Position numbers and translations under genes: made by a program. From Clostridiales bacterium (GTDB lineage: Bacteria; Acidobacteriota; Aminicenantia; Aminicenantales; UBA8522): a stretch of 64,000 nucleotides of DNA. Shown in pieces: positions 34,933-47,205 of this stretch. Below the pieces are notes generated by a model. It had not been told where the DNA came from. It worked only from the letters and a program-made list of their open reading frames with translations, and ran no database searches. Numbering within the stretch: position 1 is the first letter of the stretch; each line of letters starts with the position of its first letter. The stretch spans positions 20,031 to 84,030 of the forward strand of contig JARYMI010000008.1 of the NCBI GenBank assembly GCA_029907205.1, written 5' to 3'.

Positions 34933-35796
34933 ATGTCTCAAAGTGGGACGACATTAGACAGAGTGTTGGCTGAAGTTGCGGCCATAACGGGCTTTAGCGC
35001 TCATGAATACCGCCCGACTACTCTCAAAAGGCGCCTCGAACTGAGGCTAAGTGCCACCCTTTCCAGGAATTGCCGTGATTACCTTGCTTATCTCAAGAAG
35101 AACCCTTTGGAAGGCTACAGATTCTTGGATGCGCTTTTCATCACCGTCTCAGATTTCTTTAGAGATCGCCCTGTATTCTCTTACCTTGAGAAGGAGGTTC
35201 TCCCCGGGTTGATAGAAGAGGTGTCGCGCGAAAAAAAAAAGAGACTATCTGTCTGGTCGATTGGATGTTCTAATGGGCAAGAGCCCTATTCCCTGGCGAT
35301 GATCCTGGACCTCGCCAGAAGAAAAAAGAAGAAAAGCCTAAAGATATCCATCCTGGCCACGGATGTCAGCACAAAGAGCCTTGACTTGGCCAAGAAGGCT
35401 TTGTACAGACGAGCGGAAATGAAAAATATTCCGCCGAAATATAAAAATGAATTTTTCAAGAAAGTAAACAACGACGGTTTCCGAATAATTGACCGAATTA
35501 AGAAAATGGTCAGGTTCAAACAGCATGACTTCATCCAGGAAGCTTGCCCCGGAAAGTTCGATTTGATTTCCTGCCGGAACATGCTCATTTTTTTCACGGC
35601 TGACGGGCAAAGCGAGATGTTCCGGAAGCTCCATTCTTCCTTGAAAAAGCGGGGGATTTTAGTCCTGGGAAGGGCCGAAACTCCGAAAGAAGAAGGGCTT
35701 TTCCGTTGCCTTTCACCAGCTCATCATGTATTCCGCAAAGTCGCCGCCGTCTATCCGATAAAAAGCGATCCAGGGGAAGGGAAAAATGCCGTCTAA
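34933..35796 (+). CDS. cheR: CheR-type protein-glutamate O-methyltransferase
   Basis: CheR_N helices plus the SAM-binding core (FFRDRPVF...[19 protein letters not shown]...ILATDVS). Confidence 0.88.
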   Translation: MSQSGTTLDRVLAEVAAITGFSAHEYRPTTLKRRLELRLSATLSRNCRDYLAYLKKNPLEGYRFLDALFITVSDFFRDRPVFSYLEKEVLPGLIEEVSREKKKRLSVWSIGCSNGQEPYSLAMILDLARRKKKKSLKISILATDVSTKSLDLAKKALYRRAEMKNIPPKYKNEFFKKVNNDGFRIIDRIKKMVRFKQHDFIQEACPGKFDLISCRNMLIFFTADGQSEMFRKLHSSLKKRGILVLGRAETPKEEGLFRCLSPAHHVFRKVAAVYPIKSDPGEGKNAV

Positions 35797-38700
35797 GAGT
35801 CGTTGCCAGGTGGCCTCTCTGGAAAGGCTTTTTCAAGTCCTGGGCGAGGACATAGAATCGTTAAAGCGCCTATCAAAAGACATCGGGCTGACACGGAGAA
35901 ACCTTCTCCTGAAACACCGAGAAATGCAGTCTCTCAACGAGAAACTGATTGCTTCAGAAGAAGAACTCAAGGCGATGAATGAAGAGCTCGAGGTGACGAG
36001 CGAGGAGCTGAGAGCCTCCAACGAAGAGCTGGCCGCAGTCAACGAAGAGCTCAAATCTTCGAATGAGCAGATCCTGGAGACGAAAGCTGACCTGGAAAGC
36101 CTTTTCCAGGCGATCGATGACATGATCATCGTCATGGACCCAAGCTTGACGATCATTCAGACGAACAACTCGACCTTGAAATTCCTCGGCAAAAGTTCTC
36201 CGACCGCCGTTTTGGGTAAAAAATGTTACTCGGTCTTCTATAAAAGGAAAAGCGCCTGTCCAAATTGCGCGGCCAAGAAGGCCTTAAAAACGAAAAAACC
36301 CGTTTATTATGAAGATTTTGCCTCCTTTCTCGGGAAATATCTCTCCGTGTCAACGTCCCCTGTCCTGGATCAAAAGGGCAATGTGGTCAAGATCATCCAG
36401 GTTGGAAGAGATATCGATGAACGCATCCGGGCTGAGAGAGAGCTCGAGGAGAGCAGAGAGGAGTTGCGGAGCCTGTTTGACGGGATCCCGATCGGGCTCT
36501 ACCGGATTACTTCGGAGGGAAAAAGAGTCGACGGGAACCCTGCCATCGCCAAAATCTTAGGCTACCGGAGCCGGGAGGCCTTCCTTAAGAAACCCGCTGA
36601 ACACTACCTGAACCCTGAGGACCAGAAAAAATGGGAAGCCTTGGTCGAGAGCGATGGCATGGTGCGGGGGTTTGAAGCCCAATGGAAACGCCGGGACAAT
36701 AAAGTTATCTGGGTTCGGGATAACGTCAGGACTGTCAGGGATAAAAAGGGCAGGGTCCTTTATTACGAGGGCGCTATCGAGGATATCACGCAGCAGAAAA
36801 AGGCGGAAGAGACGATCAAGAAACGGCATGCCCAGCTGGAACTCATCCACCACATCCAGAGCAGAATCCCGCTGAATACCGACCTCGAAACGATCCTGGT
36901 TCAAGCGGCGGAAAGCATCGGTCACGCCTTTGGGTATTATAAAATATCCGTCAACCTTTTTGACCATGAGACCAAGGAGACTATCTACCTGACCGGCTGG
37001 AACAAGACGGGCATGCCTCTGCCAAGGGGACACCGGCAAAAACTTGGAGAAGGGCTGATCGGAAAGGCAGCCCAGTCAAAAAAGACGATCGTGGCGAATG
37101 ATGTTTCCAAGGAGCCTGGCTATCTGGCCATTATTTCGGAGACGAAATCCGAGCTCATCATTCCCTTGCTCGTTAAGGAAAAGCTCATCGGAGTCCTGGA
37201 CCTCCAGGACAGAGTGGTCAACGCCTTCTCAGAAGAAGATGTATCGGTTCTTCAGTCTGTCGCCAACTATCTTGCCTACATCATCGACGAAAAACAGAAA
37301 GATGAAGCCCTCCGCCAGGAGCGGGATAGGGCCAGGACGGAGAAGGCTTACCTGGATGCCCTGTTCGACAGCGCTCCAGAGGCTGTCGTCGTCACAGACA
37401 TAAACGGCCAGGTGCTCCGCATCAATACTGAGTTTACCAGGCTCTTTGGCTATGCGGCTCGAGAAGCCGTCGGCAGAGCCATCGATGATTTAGTTGCTCC
37501 TTCTTTTGATTATGAAGCGGCCATGTCGATCACCCAAAAGGTCGGAAGGGGCGAGAAGGTTTCCCTGGAAACGGTCCGCCGCCGCAAGGATGGCTCATTC
37601 GTCCATGTTTCCCTCCTCATTTCTCCCGTCCTTATCGATGGCCGGCTCGAAGCCAGCTATGCTATTTACAGGGACATCACCGAGCGCAAGCGAGCCGAAG
37701 AGTCTATCCAGCAGGAAGCCGCCAAACTCTCCGCCATGATTTCGGGCATGGAAGAAGGCGTCCTGTTTGCCAACAGCCAGAATCAAGTCATCGAGGCCAA
37801 TGACTTCTTTCTGAGGCTCTGCAAGCAGGACAGAGAAGACGTTTTAGGCAAGGATATCTTCGGCCTGAGACTCGGAGAAGAGCCGGACAAGCTCAGGACG
37901 ATGATCGACGGCTTCAGGGCAACACCAGGTTCGCCTCCTGTCATCGTCCAAAAGCCATATGGCGAACTGGAGATTGTTTTCCGTTTTCAGCCGATCTATC
38001 GGACTGGCCTTTATGACGGTCTTTTGGTCAACCTTATTGATGTCACTGAGCTCGTGATGGCCAGAGAGAAGGCGAGAGCTGCCAGCCAGGCCAAAGGAGA
38101 ATTCATTGCCAGCATGAGCCATGAAATCCGCACGCCGATGAACGGAATCATCGGCCTGACCGAGCTTGCCCTTCAGACCGACTTGTCCGTCGAGCAGCGC
38201 GAATACCTGAACGCCATCGGGGAATCTGCTCATGTTCTCATGAACCTCATCGATGACATCCTTGACTTTTCCAAGATTGAAGCCAGAAAGGTCGAGCTGG
38301 AACAGATCCCTTTCAACCTGCGTGAGTGCATCGAAGACACCGTCTCCATCCTTGCTTTACAGGCTCATAAAAAGGGGCTGGAGCTGGTCGCTTGCCTTTC
38401 TCCTGGCCTCGTGGGGACTGTCGTGGGTGACCCGGGGCGAGTGCGTCAAATTCTCATCAACCTCATTGGCAATGCGATCAAGTTCACGGAAGATGGTGAA
38501 GTGGAAATTTCTGCCGAAGAAGAGGCCAAGACTGAGGATGACGTCTTTGTTCGTTTCTCCGTCAGGGATACGGGGATCGGCATCCCCAAGGAGAAAACCG
38601 AAAAGATTTTTGAAGCGTTCACGCAAGCCGACAGCTCGACCACCCGCGCCTTTGGAGGATCGGGCCTTGGCCTGTCCATCGCTTCTAGGCTTGTTGAGCT

Positions 38701-39661
38701 CATGAGAGGAAAAATCTGGGTCAAGAGCACAGTAGGAAAGGGAAGCACGTTTACTTTCACCGCCTGCTTCAAGCTCCCTCAGACTCAAGCCGGCCGGGTC
38801 GTTTCTTCGCGGCTCGAAGGACTCAAGAGCCTTCCTGTCTTGATCGTCGACGATAACGCCACAAACAGGAAAATTCTGAGACACATGCTTTTCGACTTTG
38901 GGATGAAGCCCTATGAAGCTTCGGGCGCCAAGGAAGCCTTGATTATGATGGACAAAGCGGAAAAGGCCGGCCAGCCTTACGCTCTTTTTCTTATCGACGC
39001 TCAAATGCCTGAGGTGGACGGGTTCACGATGACAGAGATGATGCGAAAGAACGCGCCTCCGGCCAAGCCAATCGTCATGATGTTGACAGCGGTGGGCATT
39101 CGCGATGAAATCACGCGTTGTCGAGAACTGGGTATTTCTAGATACATCACGAAACCCGTCAAAAAGTCTGATCTTCTTGAAGCCATCGCCTCCTCTTTCA
39201 ACCTGACGCCTCTTCAAGACGAGGGGAAAACTCCTGCAAAAGTGGATCTTGTGATGGCTGAGTTTAAACGGCCGCTCAGTATTTTGCTGGCAGAAGACAA
39301 CAGCGTTAACCAGATGGTCACGGTTCGTGTTCTCGAGAAACATGGCCATGCCGTGACGGTGGCCGGAGACGGCCGCGAGGTTTTGGCGGCCTTGAGGAAG
39401 GATCGGTTCGACCTGATTCTCATGGATGTGCAAATGCCCGGCATGGATGGGTGCGAAGCAACAGAAATGATCCGCAAGGGAGAGAGGGAAAAAGGAACGC
39501 ACATTCCGATTATCGCCATGACGGCTCATGCCATGAAGGAAGACCGAGAACGCTGCCTCCAGGCAGGCATGGACGATTATGTTTCTAAACCCATCAAATC
39601 AGACCAGTTGTTCGAGACGATCGAGCGCGTGATGAAGCGGGGCTTGGCCAGGTTATCTTGA
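35786..39661 (+). CDS. Hybrid sensor histidine kinase (coiled coil, multiple PAS, GAF, HisKA, HATPase, two REC domains)
   Basis: NEEL-repeat coiled coil ([37 protein letters not shown]). Several PAS domains and one GAF domain. H-box [11 protein letters not shown] and G-boxes DTGIGI and GSGLGLSI. Two receivers ([10 protein letters not shown]..., [10 protein letters not shown]...). Confidence 0.9.
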   Translation: MPSKSRCQVASLERLFQVLGEDIESLKRLSKDIGLTRRNLLLKHREMQSLNEKLIASEEELKAMNEELEVTSEELRASNEELAAVNEELKSSNEQILETKADLESLFQAIDDMIIVMDPSLTIIQTNNSTLKFLGKSSPTAVLGKKCYSVFYKRKSACPNCAAKKALKTKKPVYYEDFASFLGKYLSVSTSPVLDQKGNVVKIIQVGRDIDERIRAERELEESREELRSLFDGIPIGLYRITSEGKRVDGNPAIAKILGYRSREAFLKKPAEHYLNPEDQKKWEALVESDGMVRGFEAQWKRRDNKVIWVRDNVRTVRDKKGRVLYYEGAIEDITQQKKAEETIKKRHAQLELIHHIQSRIPLNTDLETILVQAAESIGHAFGYYKISVNLFDHETKETIYLTGWNKTGMPLPRGHRQKLGEGLIGKAAQSKKTIVANDVSKEPGYLAIISETKSELIIPLLVKEKLIGVLDLQDRVVNAFSEEDVSVLQSVANYLAYIIDEKQKDEALRQERDRARTEKAYLDALFDSAPEAVVVTDINGQVLRINTEFTRLFGYAAREAVGRAIDDLVAPSFDYEAAMSITQKVGRGEKVSLETVRRRKDGSFVHVSLLISPVLIDGRLEASYAIYRDITERKRAEESIQQEAAKLSAMISGMEEGVLFANSQNQVIEANDFFLRLCKQDREDVLGKDIFGLRLGEEPDKLRTMIDGFRATPGSPPVIVQKPYGELEIVFRFQPIYRTGLYDGLLVNLIDVTELVMAREKARAASQAKGEFIASMSHEIRTPMNGIIGLTELALQTDLSVEQREYLNAIGESAHVLMNLIDDILDFSKIEARKVELEQIPFNLRECIEDTVSILALQAHKKGLELVACLSPGLVGTVVGDPGRVRQILINLIGNAIKFTEDGEVEISAEEEAKTEDDVFVRFSVRDTGIGIPKEKTEKIFEAFTQADSSTTRAFGGSGLGLSIASRLVELMRGKIWVKSTVGKGSTFTFTACFKLPQTQAGRVVSSRLEGLKSLPVLIVDDNATNRKILRHMLFDFGMKPYEASGAKEALIMMDKAEKAGQPYALFLIDAQMPEVDGFTMTEMMRKNAPPAKPIVMMLTAVGIRDEITRCRELGISRYITKPVKKSDLLEAIASSFNLTPLQDEGKTPAKVDLVMAEFKRPLSILLAEDNSVNQMVTVRVLEKHGHAVTVAGDGREVLAALRKDRFDLILMDVQMPGMDGCEATEMIRKGEREKGTHIPIIAMTAHAMKEDRERCLQAGMDDYVSKPIKSDQLFETIERVMKRGLARLS

Positions 39662-39665
39662 CACC

Positions 39666-40154
39666 TCACGTCACGACCTTGTCGATGTCTCTCTCTCCAT
39701 AATCCTCAAACTGCTGTGCCATGGCGTATTCGCTCCGGAGCATGAAGTAGTGGCTTTTTTCCACTTTGCTCAGGTACTCGAGGATTTTCCGCTTGGGCGG
39801 CCTGACCCTTTTAGCTAGCCTCAGATAGAAATCTTGCGCTGACCTTTCCGCCTCCATAGCCTGATAAAGGATATCGGCAAGGGAAGAAGACGGCCTGAGA
39901 TGGACAACGGGGAGGAGCTTCTCATCGACGGCGTCAGGAACCTCGATTTTTTCCCCTTGATAAAGGCTCTCGAACAGCTTCGTCAAGACTTCCTTGTGCT
40001 TTTTTTCCTCGAAGGCCAGGACAAGGAACTTTTCCCTGAGGAGGGGATTCTTGGCCCGGCTTGCCAGCCTGGCGTAACTCCTGTTTGAATCGATCTCAGC
40101 CCGGACGGCGTAGCCGAGGAGTCTTCTCACAGATTTTCTGGCGATGCTAACCAT
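39666..40154 (-). CDS. Ferritin-like (rubrerythrin-family) protein
   Basis: Two E...ExxH-type helices (LAFEEKKHKEVL, LSKVEKSHYFML). Resembles the 17367-17819 protein. Confidence 0.65.
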   Translation of the reverse strand: MVSIARKSVRRLLGYAVRAEIDSNRSYARLASRAKNPLLREKFLVLAFEEKKHKEVLTKLFESLYQGEKIEVPDAVDEKLLPVVHLRPSSSLADILYQAMEAERSAQDFYLRLAKRVRPPKRKILEYLSKVEKSHYFMLRSEYAMAQQFEDYGERDIDKVVT

Positions 40155-40213
40155 GTCGCGCTCCTTTCACAAACCACAATACATGACTCCCGGCAATTCA
40201 TCAATGAGAAAAG

Positions 40214-40242
40214 TTGACATTTTCCTTGCCTGCTTTTATCGT
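40214..40242 (+). promoter_or_regulatory. Sigma-70-type promoter candidate for thyX, possibly leaderless
   Basis: TTGACA-N17-TATCGT, with 8 nt between the -10 box and the ATG at 40251. No Shine-Dalgarno sequence. Confidence 0.35.
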
Positions 40243-40250
40243 AGAAAATC

Positions 40251-41756
40251 ATGAAGGTTATCCTCGCCGGATACAACATCGACAGCGACGTCATCGCAGA
40301 CCTCAAGCGGCATGCTCCAGCCCGGGACGACATAACGCCGGAAACGCTTTCCGCTTCCTACGCCCGCATTTCCCGCGACCCCCGGCCGATCGACGAGCTC
40401 AGGGCTGCGGCCCGCCAGGAAGTGGAGAAAGCTCGACGGTCCAACCAGACCATTATCTTCAAGATGGGCCACCACTCGGTCGCCGAGCACGCCGTCTTCA
40501 ACTTTGACCTCATCGGCCTCAGCCGTCTGGCGCTCGAGGAGGTGGAAAAATTCCGCCTCTGCTCCTTCACCGAAAAGTCCCAGCGCTACATCGCGTTGGG
40601 GGACGACTTTGTCATACCGGAGGAAATCAGGCAGGCCGGCATGGAGGCAGTTTTCCTTCGGACGATCAGGACTCAGAATTCCCTCTACCACAGCCTTTAT
40701 GAGAGGCTCAAGGCTTACGTCTTTGATAAGCATCGAGACATCGCCCAGGACGCCAAGAATCATTCCGTCCTCGACGGCTGGGCAAAAGAAGATGCCCGGT
40801 ATACGGTCAGCCTGGCCACTCAGGGACAGGTGGGGATGACCATCAATGCCCGCAATCTCGAGCTTCTTATCCGCCGTTTTGCGGCCAAAAAACTGGCCGA
40901 GCTTCGGGAGCTCAACGCAAAAATCTACGCCTTGGCAAAAGAGGTGGCGCCGTCGATCATTCTTTTCACCGAGCCCAGCGAGTTTGACTCAAAGACTTAC
41001 GCTGACCTGGAAGAAGCGGCCCAGAGGCTTCATCCGCCGAAGCAAAACAATCTTTCCCGGCCGGCTGACGGCCGCTGGGCTGTCCGCCTCGTCGGTTACA
41101 CGCCCGACGGCGATGATCGTATCCTTGCCGCGCTCCTTCACACTGTAACGGCCCGTTCTTATGAATCTTGCTATGGTCAAGTCCGCGGCATGTCTCAGGC
41201 GGAGAAAAGCGAGTTCATCAGGTCTTCTCTCCAGCACATGGAATTCCATGATTTTCCGTTGCGGGAGTTCGAGCACGCGGACCTGACTTTTGAGCTGATC
41301 GTTTCCGCCGCCTGTTTTGCCCAGCTCAAGCGCCACCGCATGGCCACCCTGACAAGGCAGAGGTATGCCCCCGAGCTTGGCGTAACGATCCCCCCTTCTG
41401 TCGAGGACATCGGCGCAGCCGGCGAATTCCTGTCCGTCATCGAGCAAACAAACGATGCGTATGCCCGGTTGAAAAGGGAGGTCGGGGAGGCTGCCGATTA
41501 TGTTCTGACCAACGCCCACAGGCGGCGGGCGCTCCTCAGGGTTAACATTCGAGAGCTCTACCACATTTCGCGGCTCCGCCAGGACGCGACGGCGCAGTGG
41601 GACATTAAGAGGATTGTCGGGATAATGACGGACGAGGCCGGGGAAGTGATGCCGCTGAGCCTGATGCTTTTGGGCGGAAAAGACCGCTTTCCTCAGGTTT
41701 ATAAGAAGGTTTTCGGCAGAGACCCAAAAACCTTCCCCCCAGACTTCCTGAAGTGA
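40251..41756 (+). CDS. thyX: Flavin-dependent thymidylate synthase ThyX, tandem two-domain form
   Basis: Domain 1: GHHSVAEHAVFNFDLIGLSRLA...KFRLCSFTEKSQRY. Domain 2: EFEHADLTFELIVSAACFAQLKRHRMATLTRQRY. At 501 aa it is about twice a normal ThyX. Confidence 0.8.
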   Translation: MKVILAGYNIDSDVIADLKRHAPARDDITPETLSASYARISRDPRPIDELRAAARQEVEKARRSNQTIIFKMGHHSVAEHAVFNFDLIGLSRLALEEVEKFRLCSFTEKSQRYIALGDDFVIPEEIRQAGMEAVFLRTIRTQNSLYHSLYERLKAYVFDKHRDIAQDAKNHSVLDGWAKEDARYTVSLATQGQVGMTINARNLELLIRRFAAKKLAELRELNAKIYALAKEVAPSIILFTEPSEFDSKTYADLEEAAQRLHPPKQNNLSRPADGRWAVRLVGYTPDGDDRILAALLHTVTARSYESCYGQVRGMSQAEKSEFIRSSLQHMEFHDFPLREFEHADLTFELIVSAACFAQLKRHRMATLTRQRYAPELGVTIPPSVEDIGAAGEFLSVIEQTNDAYARLKREVGEAADYVLTNAHRRRALLRVNIRELYHISRLRQDATAQWDIKRIVGIMTDEAGEVMPLSLMLLGGKDRFPQVYKKVFGRDPKTFPPDFLK

Positions 41757-41820
41757 CAATCGGCTCAGAAGTTGGCTGACCCTCTGCTTGGAATGAAGCC
41801 GTCAAGGACCCGAGGTAGAA

Positions 41821-43128
41821 TCAGTCCCGAACCCTGATCTTGTAGAATTTCCTCTTGCCCACTTTCAGGATGTGATCGCGCTTTTCGGACAGGTTCAGCC
41901 GGAAATCGATGTCCGCGACGCGGCTGCCGTCGATAGAGAGCCCCCCTTGGCGGATAACCCGCTTGGCCTCCCCGCGGGATGGAAAAATCTTTCTATTCAC
42001 TAGTAAATCTATTAATTCTATAGATAAAATAGGTTCAACCCGAGCCTCTTCCCGTTGATTCCCGGTGCGGTTCTTTGAGGCGCTGGCTTTCTCGCTGGCC
42101 GCTTCAGCGATTGACACGTCGATCGTGTTCTTGTCGATATCGGCGGGGATCTCCTTGTGCTTGTGAACCCGGTCGAACTCCACAGCGGCCTTCTCAGCGC
42201 TTGCCCTGCCCCAGAAATCGGCGACAACCATCCCCGCCAGCCGGGCCTTGAGGTCGCGGGGGTTGATCTGGCCGGCCGCAGCTTGCTTTTTCCAGGCCTC
42301 GATCTGGGCTAACGGCACGTCCGTGAGAAGCTCAAAGTACCTGTACATCAACCCATCCGAGATGGACATCATCTTGCCGTAGATTTCTTTGGGCGGTTCG
42401 GTGATGCCGACATAGTTGCCCAGTGTCTTGCTCATTTTCTCCACGCCGTCCAGGCCTTCCAACAAAGGCACAGTGATGACGACCTGGGGCTCCTGGTTAA
42501 ACTCCCGCTGGATCTCGCGGCCAACGAGCAGGTTAAACTTCTGGTCTGTTCCGCCGAGCTCCACGTCTGCCCGCAGGGCAACGGAGTCGTATGCCTGCAT
42601 GAGCGGGTAGAGGATCTCGTGGACAGAGATGGGCAGGCCCTTCTTGAGACGATCCGAAAAATCGTCCCGCTCGAGAAGCCGGGCGACTGTGTACTTGGAC
42701 GTGAGGTTAATGAGGTCGAAGCTGGTGAGTCGGCTTAGCCAACGGGAATTGAAATCGATGATTGTTTTTTCCGGGTTGAGGATCTTGAAGATCTGGGCCT
42801 TATAGGTCTCGGCATTCCTGTCGATCTCCTCCCGGCTCATGGCCGGACGCGCGGCCGACCTGCCGGACGGGTCGCCGATCAGGCCGGTGAAGTCACCGAT
42901 GAGGAAGATGACCTCGTGGCCGAGGTCCTCAAAGTGTTTCATCTTGCGCAGCAGAACAGTGTGCCCGAGGTGGATATCGGGCGCTGTCGGGTCAAAGCCG
43001 ACCTTGACACGCAGCGGCTTTCCTTGTCGGCGAGACTGGGTGAGCTTGGCTCGAAGCTCTCCTTCCTGGATGACCTCCACCGTCCCTTTTTTGATCGTGG
43101 CCAGCTGTTCGTCAACTGATTTAATCAT
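41821..43128 (-). CDS. tyrS: Tyrosyl-tRNA synthetase
   Basis: HIGH motif HLGH ([13 protein letters not shown]), KMSKS motif KMSKT, and a C-terminal S4 domain. The start was trimmed to ATG 43128 ([15 protein letters not shown]); the track ORF runs into purN. Confidence 0.92.
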   Translation of the reverse strand: MIKSVDEQLATIKKGTVEVIQEGELRAKLTQSRRQGKPLRVKVGFDPTAPDIHLGHTVLLRKMKHFEDLGHEVIFLIGDFTGLIGDPSGRSAARPAMSREEIDRNAETYKAQIFKILNPEKTIIDFNSRWLSRLTSFDLINLTSKYTVARLLERDDFSDRLKKGLPISVHEILYPLMQAYDSVALRADVELGGTDQKFNLLVGREIQREFNQEPQVVITVPLLEGLDGVEKMSKTLGNYVGITEPPKEIYGKMMSISDGLMYRYFELLTDVPLAQIEAWKKQAAAGQINPRDLKARLAGMVVADFWGRASAEKAAVEFDRVHKHKEIPADIDKNTIDVSIAEAASEKASASKNRTGNQREEARVEPILSIELIDLLVNRKIFPSRGEAKRVIRQGGLSIDGSRVADIDFRLNLSEKRDHILKVGKRKFYKIRVRD

Positions 43129-43765
43129 TTTCTCTGATGAAAACCCTCCGGCCTCGCACTTCCAGCCTTCCTTCAAAGAAAAGGCGGACGGCCTCAGGGT
43201 AGATTTTGTGCTCTTCCTTGAGGATCCTGGCGCTGAGAGTTTCTTCGGTGTCGTCTTGCAGAACAGGAACGACGGCCTGGAGGATGATCGGTCCCATGTC
43301 AACCTCCTCGGCGACAAAATGGACCGTGGCTCCTGAGTAACGCACTCCCCAGTCGATGGCCTTTTTCTGGACATGGAGTCCGGGAAAAGAGGGGAGGAGG
43401 GCTGGATGGATGTTCATGATTCGGTGCCTGAACTCACGGCAGAAATACGGAGTTAGAATTCTCATGTAGCCGGCCAGGCAGATCAAGTCGATGGCTCTTT
43501 TCCTCGCTTCTTTGACGGCTTCCTTGTCGTACTCTTCACGGTTGGGATAGAGCTTGGGGTTGAGGTAAAGAGTTTCAAGGCCGCGTTCCCGGGCTGTTTG
43601 AAGCCCGGGCGCATCCTCGACGTTGCTGAAGACAAGAGCAATATCGGCGTTGATCCTGCCCGTCAGGATGGCATCATGGATGGCCCTGAAATTGGATCCA
43701 CGTCCTGACAAAAAAACAGCGATCCTCCCTCTTTTTTTGGGGCTGATAAAAGTTTCTTCGGCCAT
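43121..43765 (-). CDS. purN: Phosphoribosylglycinamide formyltransferase
   Basis: [16 protein letters not shown] and [12 protein letters not shown] motifs. Confidence 0.92.
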   Translation of the reverse strand: MAEETFISPKKRGRIAVFLSGRGSNFRAIHDAILTGRINADIALVFSNVEDAPGLQTARERGLETLYLNPKLYPNREEYDKEAVKEARKRAIDLICLAGYMRILTPYFCREFRHRIMNIHPALLPSFPGLHVQKKAIDWGVRYSGATVHFVAEEVDMGPIILQAVVPVLQDDTEETLSARILKEEHKIYPEAVRLFFEGRLEVRGRRVFIREND

Positions 43766-43864
43766 GCTAAAGACTCTCCTTTCTGGTCTTCCGGGCTTCA
43801 GAATTTTGACAGCATCCCTATTTTAGCCGAACAGCCGTTGAAATCAACATTTTGTTTTCCTCCC

Positions 43865-43904
43865 AAAATTGCCGATAGCATCACCCGATGGGGCCTTCGG
43901 CAAT
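43865..43904 (-). terminator. Hairpin plus U-tract between purL and purN (terminator or attenuator candidate)
   Basis: The minus strand has an ATTGCCGA...TCGGCAAT 8-bp stem followed by TTTT, within the 170-nt purL-purN gap. Confidence 0.35.
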
Positions 43905-43935
43905 CTTGGGTTTCTTCCAGTTTTTGTGGGCGGAT

Positions 43936-46149
43936 TTAATCCTGAGGAAGAGAGAGCAGGCGGGGGATAGCTTCCTTCCACGTCCTCCAGCAAGTTTCTA
44001 CGGGCAGGTTAATGACCTCCCGGCCAGCACAGCGAATGACAAATCTTCTGCCTCCGCACTTGCCGACCGGAGCGGCCTCCACCCTGTTCTCTTTGGCAAG
44101 CGCAAGAAACGAAGCAAGGTTTGAGCTCGGGAGACTGACGAGGATCCGCGATTGGGTCTCGCCGAAGAGGAGGGCATCCGCCCGGAGAGAGCCTTCCAGG
44201 TCAAGGACACAGCCGATTCTTGCAGGACTTAAGAAACAACTTTCCGCGGCGCAGACCGCCAGCCCGCCTTCTGAGATATCATGGGCAGACCTGATAAGGC
44301 CCAGAGAGATCGCCTCAAGACACATCTCATGAACCCGCTTTTCTTTTTCGAGGTCGATGGCCGGTGGTTTTCCTCTTTCAAGGTTAAAAACCGACCTGAG
44401 GTACTCGGAGCCTCCCAATTCTTCTTTCGTCTCTCCCAAAAGGACGACGATGTCGCCTTCACTTTTGAACCCGGGGCTTACCATCTGGCTGATGTCCTCA
44501 ACCAGGCCGACAACACCAAGGACAGGAGTCGGGCACACCGACACCCCTTCGGTGTCGTTATAGAAGCTCACGTTCCCGCCTGTAACAGGGATAGAAAAAG
44601 CACGGCATGCTTCAGCTATGCCCTCGATGACTTCCTTGAACTGCCACATGACATCCGCTTTCTCGGGATTCCCAAAATTCAGGCAGTTGGTGACTCCTAT
44701 CGGCCTCGCGCCCACGCATGCGAGGTTGCGGCAAGCCTCAGCGACGGCGATCCTCCCCCCCGTCCTGGGGTCAAGGTAAGTATACAAGGAATTCCCGTCT
44801 ACGACGACGGCCAGGCCTTTCTTTTTACCCTTGATCCTCAAGACTGTGGCATCAGCGCCCGGCAGAAGGACGGTGTTGATCTGAACCATGTGGTCATACT
44901 GGCGGTAGACCCATTCTTTGTCAGCTATGGTGGGGGATGAGAGGACCTGGAGAAAAACTTTCTCCAGGTCCGAAGGAAGAGGCGGGAGCTTGAGCGCTTG
45001 AAGGGATTTCAAGGTGGCTGGCTTTCGGGCCGGCCGGCGGTAGGACGGGCAGAGGTTGACGATCGCCTCAACCGGAAGGTCGACCACAACCTGACCCCGG
45101 GAAGTCACCTGGAGCTTCCCGCCCCTTGTGACTTCTCCGATCTTGACCGCATCCAGATCCCATTTGGCGAATATTCTCTGGACCTCAGCGACGTTTTCCT
45201 TTTTGGCGACAATCAGCATCCGCTCCTGGGATTCAGAAAGCATGATCTCGTAGGGAGTCATGCCTTCTTCCCTCTGGGGCACAAGGTCGAGGTCGATGGC
45301 AATTCCTGTGCCGGATCGCGCAGCCATCTCCGAGGCCGAACAGGTCAGGCCGGCTGCACCCATGTCCTGAATCCCGATGATGAGGTTTTTATCCATGACC
45401 TCCAGGCAGGCTTCGAGCAGCAGCTTTTCCTTGAACGGGTCGCCGACCTGGACGTTGGGGCGTTTTTGTTCGGTCTCTTCACCGAACTCGGCCGACGCCA
45501 TGGTTGCGCCGTGGATGCCATCCCGGCCCGTCTTTGAGCCCACATAGAGCACGGGGTTGCCCGCCCCTTCGGCCTTAGCGAAGAAAATTTTATTCGTCTG
45601 AGCCATGCCCAGACAGAGCACGTTGACCAGAGGGTTTTTGGAATAGCGCTCTTGGAAATAGACCTCGCCTCCGACAGTAGGCACGCCTATAGAATTGCCG
45701 TAGGAAGAGATGCCCGCCACAACTCCTTCTGTGATCGCCCTGTTCCTGGATTTTTCGAGCGGGCCAAAGCGCAGCGAATCGAGGATGGCGATCGGACGGG
45801 CCCCCATGGTGAAAATATCGCGCAGGATCCCCCCGACTCCCGTCGCCGCGCCCTGGAAAGGCTCGATAAAAGAGGGATGGTTGTGGGATTCGATTTTGAA
45901 GACCACAGCCAGCCCGTCTCCGATATCAATTACGCCGGCGTTCTCCCCCGGTCCCTGAATCACGTTTTCAGCCTTGGTCGGGAGTTTTCGAAGGTGAGCC
46001 TTTGAGCTCTTGTAGCTGCAGTGCTCGGACCACATCAAGGAAAAGATGCCCAGTTCGGTCAGGTTTGGCTCGCGGCCGATGAGCCGGATAATCCTCTTGT
46101 ATTCCTCGATGGTGATGTTGTGATCGGCGAGAATCTTCGGGTCGATCAT
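43936..46149 (-). CDS. purL: Phosphoribosylformylglycinamidine synthase subunit PurL
   Basis: 737 aa small-PurL architecture. Motifs include ESHNHPS. Confidence 0.95.
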   Translation of the reverse strand: MIDPKILADHNITIEEYKRIIRLIGREPNLTELGIFSLMWSEHCSYKSSKAHLRKLPTKAENVIQGPGENAGVIDIGDGLAVVFKIESHNHPSFIEPFQGAATGVGGILRDIFTMGARPIAILDSLRFGPLEKSRNRAITEGVVAGISSYGNSIGVPTVGGEVYFQERYSKNPLVNVLCLGMAQTNKIFFAKAEGAGNPVLYVGSKTGRDGIHGATMASAEFGEETEQKRPNVQVGDPFKEKLLLEACLEVMDKNLIIGIQDMGAAGLTCSASEMAARSGTGIAIDLDLVPQREEGMTPYEIMLSESQERMLIVAKKENVAEVQRIFAKWDLDAVKIGEVTRGGKLQVTSRGQVVVDLPVEAIVNLCPSYRRPARKPATLKSLQALKLPPLPSDLEKVFLQVLSSPTIADKEWVYRQYDHMVQINTVLLPGADATVLRIKGKKKGLAVVVDGNSLYTYLDPRTGGRIAVAEACRNLACVGARPIGVTNCLNFGNPEKADVMWQFKEVIEGIAEACRAFSIPVTGGNVSFYNDTEGVSVCPTPVLGVVGLVEDISQMVSPGFKSEGDIVVLLGETKEELGGSEYLRSVFNLERGKPPAIDLEKEKRVHEMCLEAISLGLIRSAHDISEGGLAVCAAESCFLSPARIGCVLDLEGSLRADALLFGETQSRILVSLPSSNLASFLALAKENRVEAAPVGKCGGRRFVIRCAGREVINLPVETCWRTWKEAIPRLLSLPQD

Positions 46150-46255
46150 GTTTTCATTTCAGCCTGCTTTTATGTTTCCATCAAACCCAATCTATTCACA
46201 GACAGACCAGGCTAATTCTGTGGGCCATCGGTTTATTTGATCAATCCCTCATCTT

Positions 46256-47194
<939 letters not shown>

Positions 47195-47205
<11 letters not shown>

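Noticed and set aside
35221-35345. A10 homopolymer (35231-35240) and AAG/AAA-rich runs inside cheR, as possible slippage or phase-variation sites.
   Set aside because: They encode in-frame Lys/Arg-rich linkers (REKKKRL, RRKKKKS) in a continuous CheR ORF, and there is no evidence of a frameshift. A sequencing-error hotspot is the most that can be said.
43129-43374. N-terminal extensions in the ORF track for tyrS (to 43374), purB (to 48973), the rubredoxin reductase (from 17918), nfi (from 13698), ftsE (to 16159) and the desulforedoxin-like ORF (from 23390).
   Set aside because: The extensions overlap neighbouring genes or lack homology. Internal starts coincide with conserved family N-termini and, in most cases, with an RBS, so I trimmed them.
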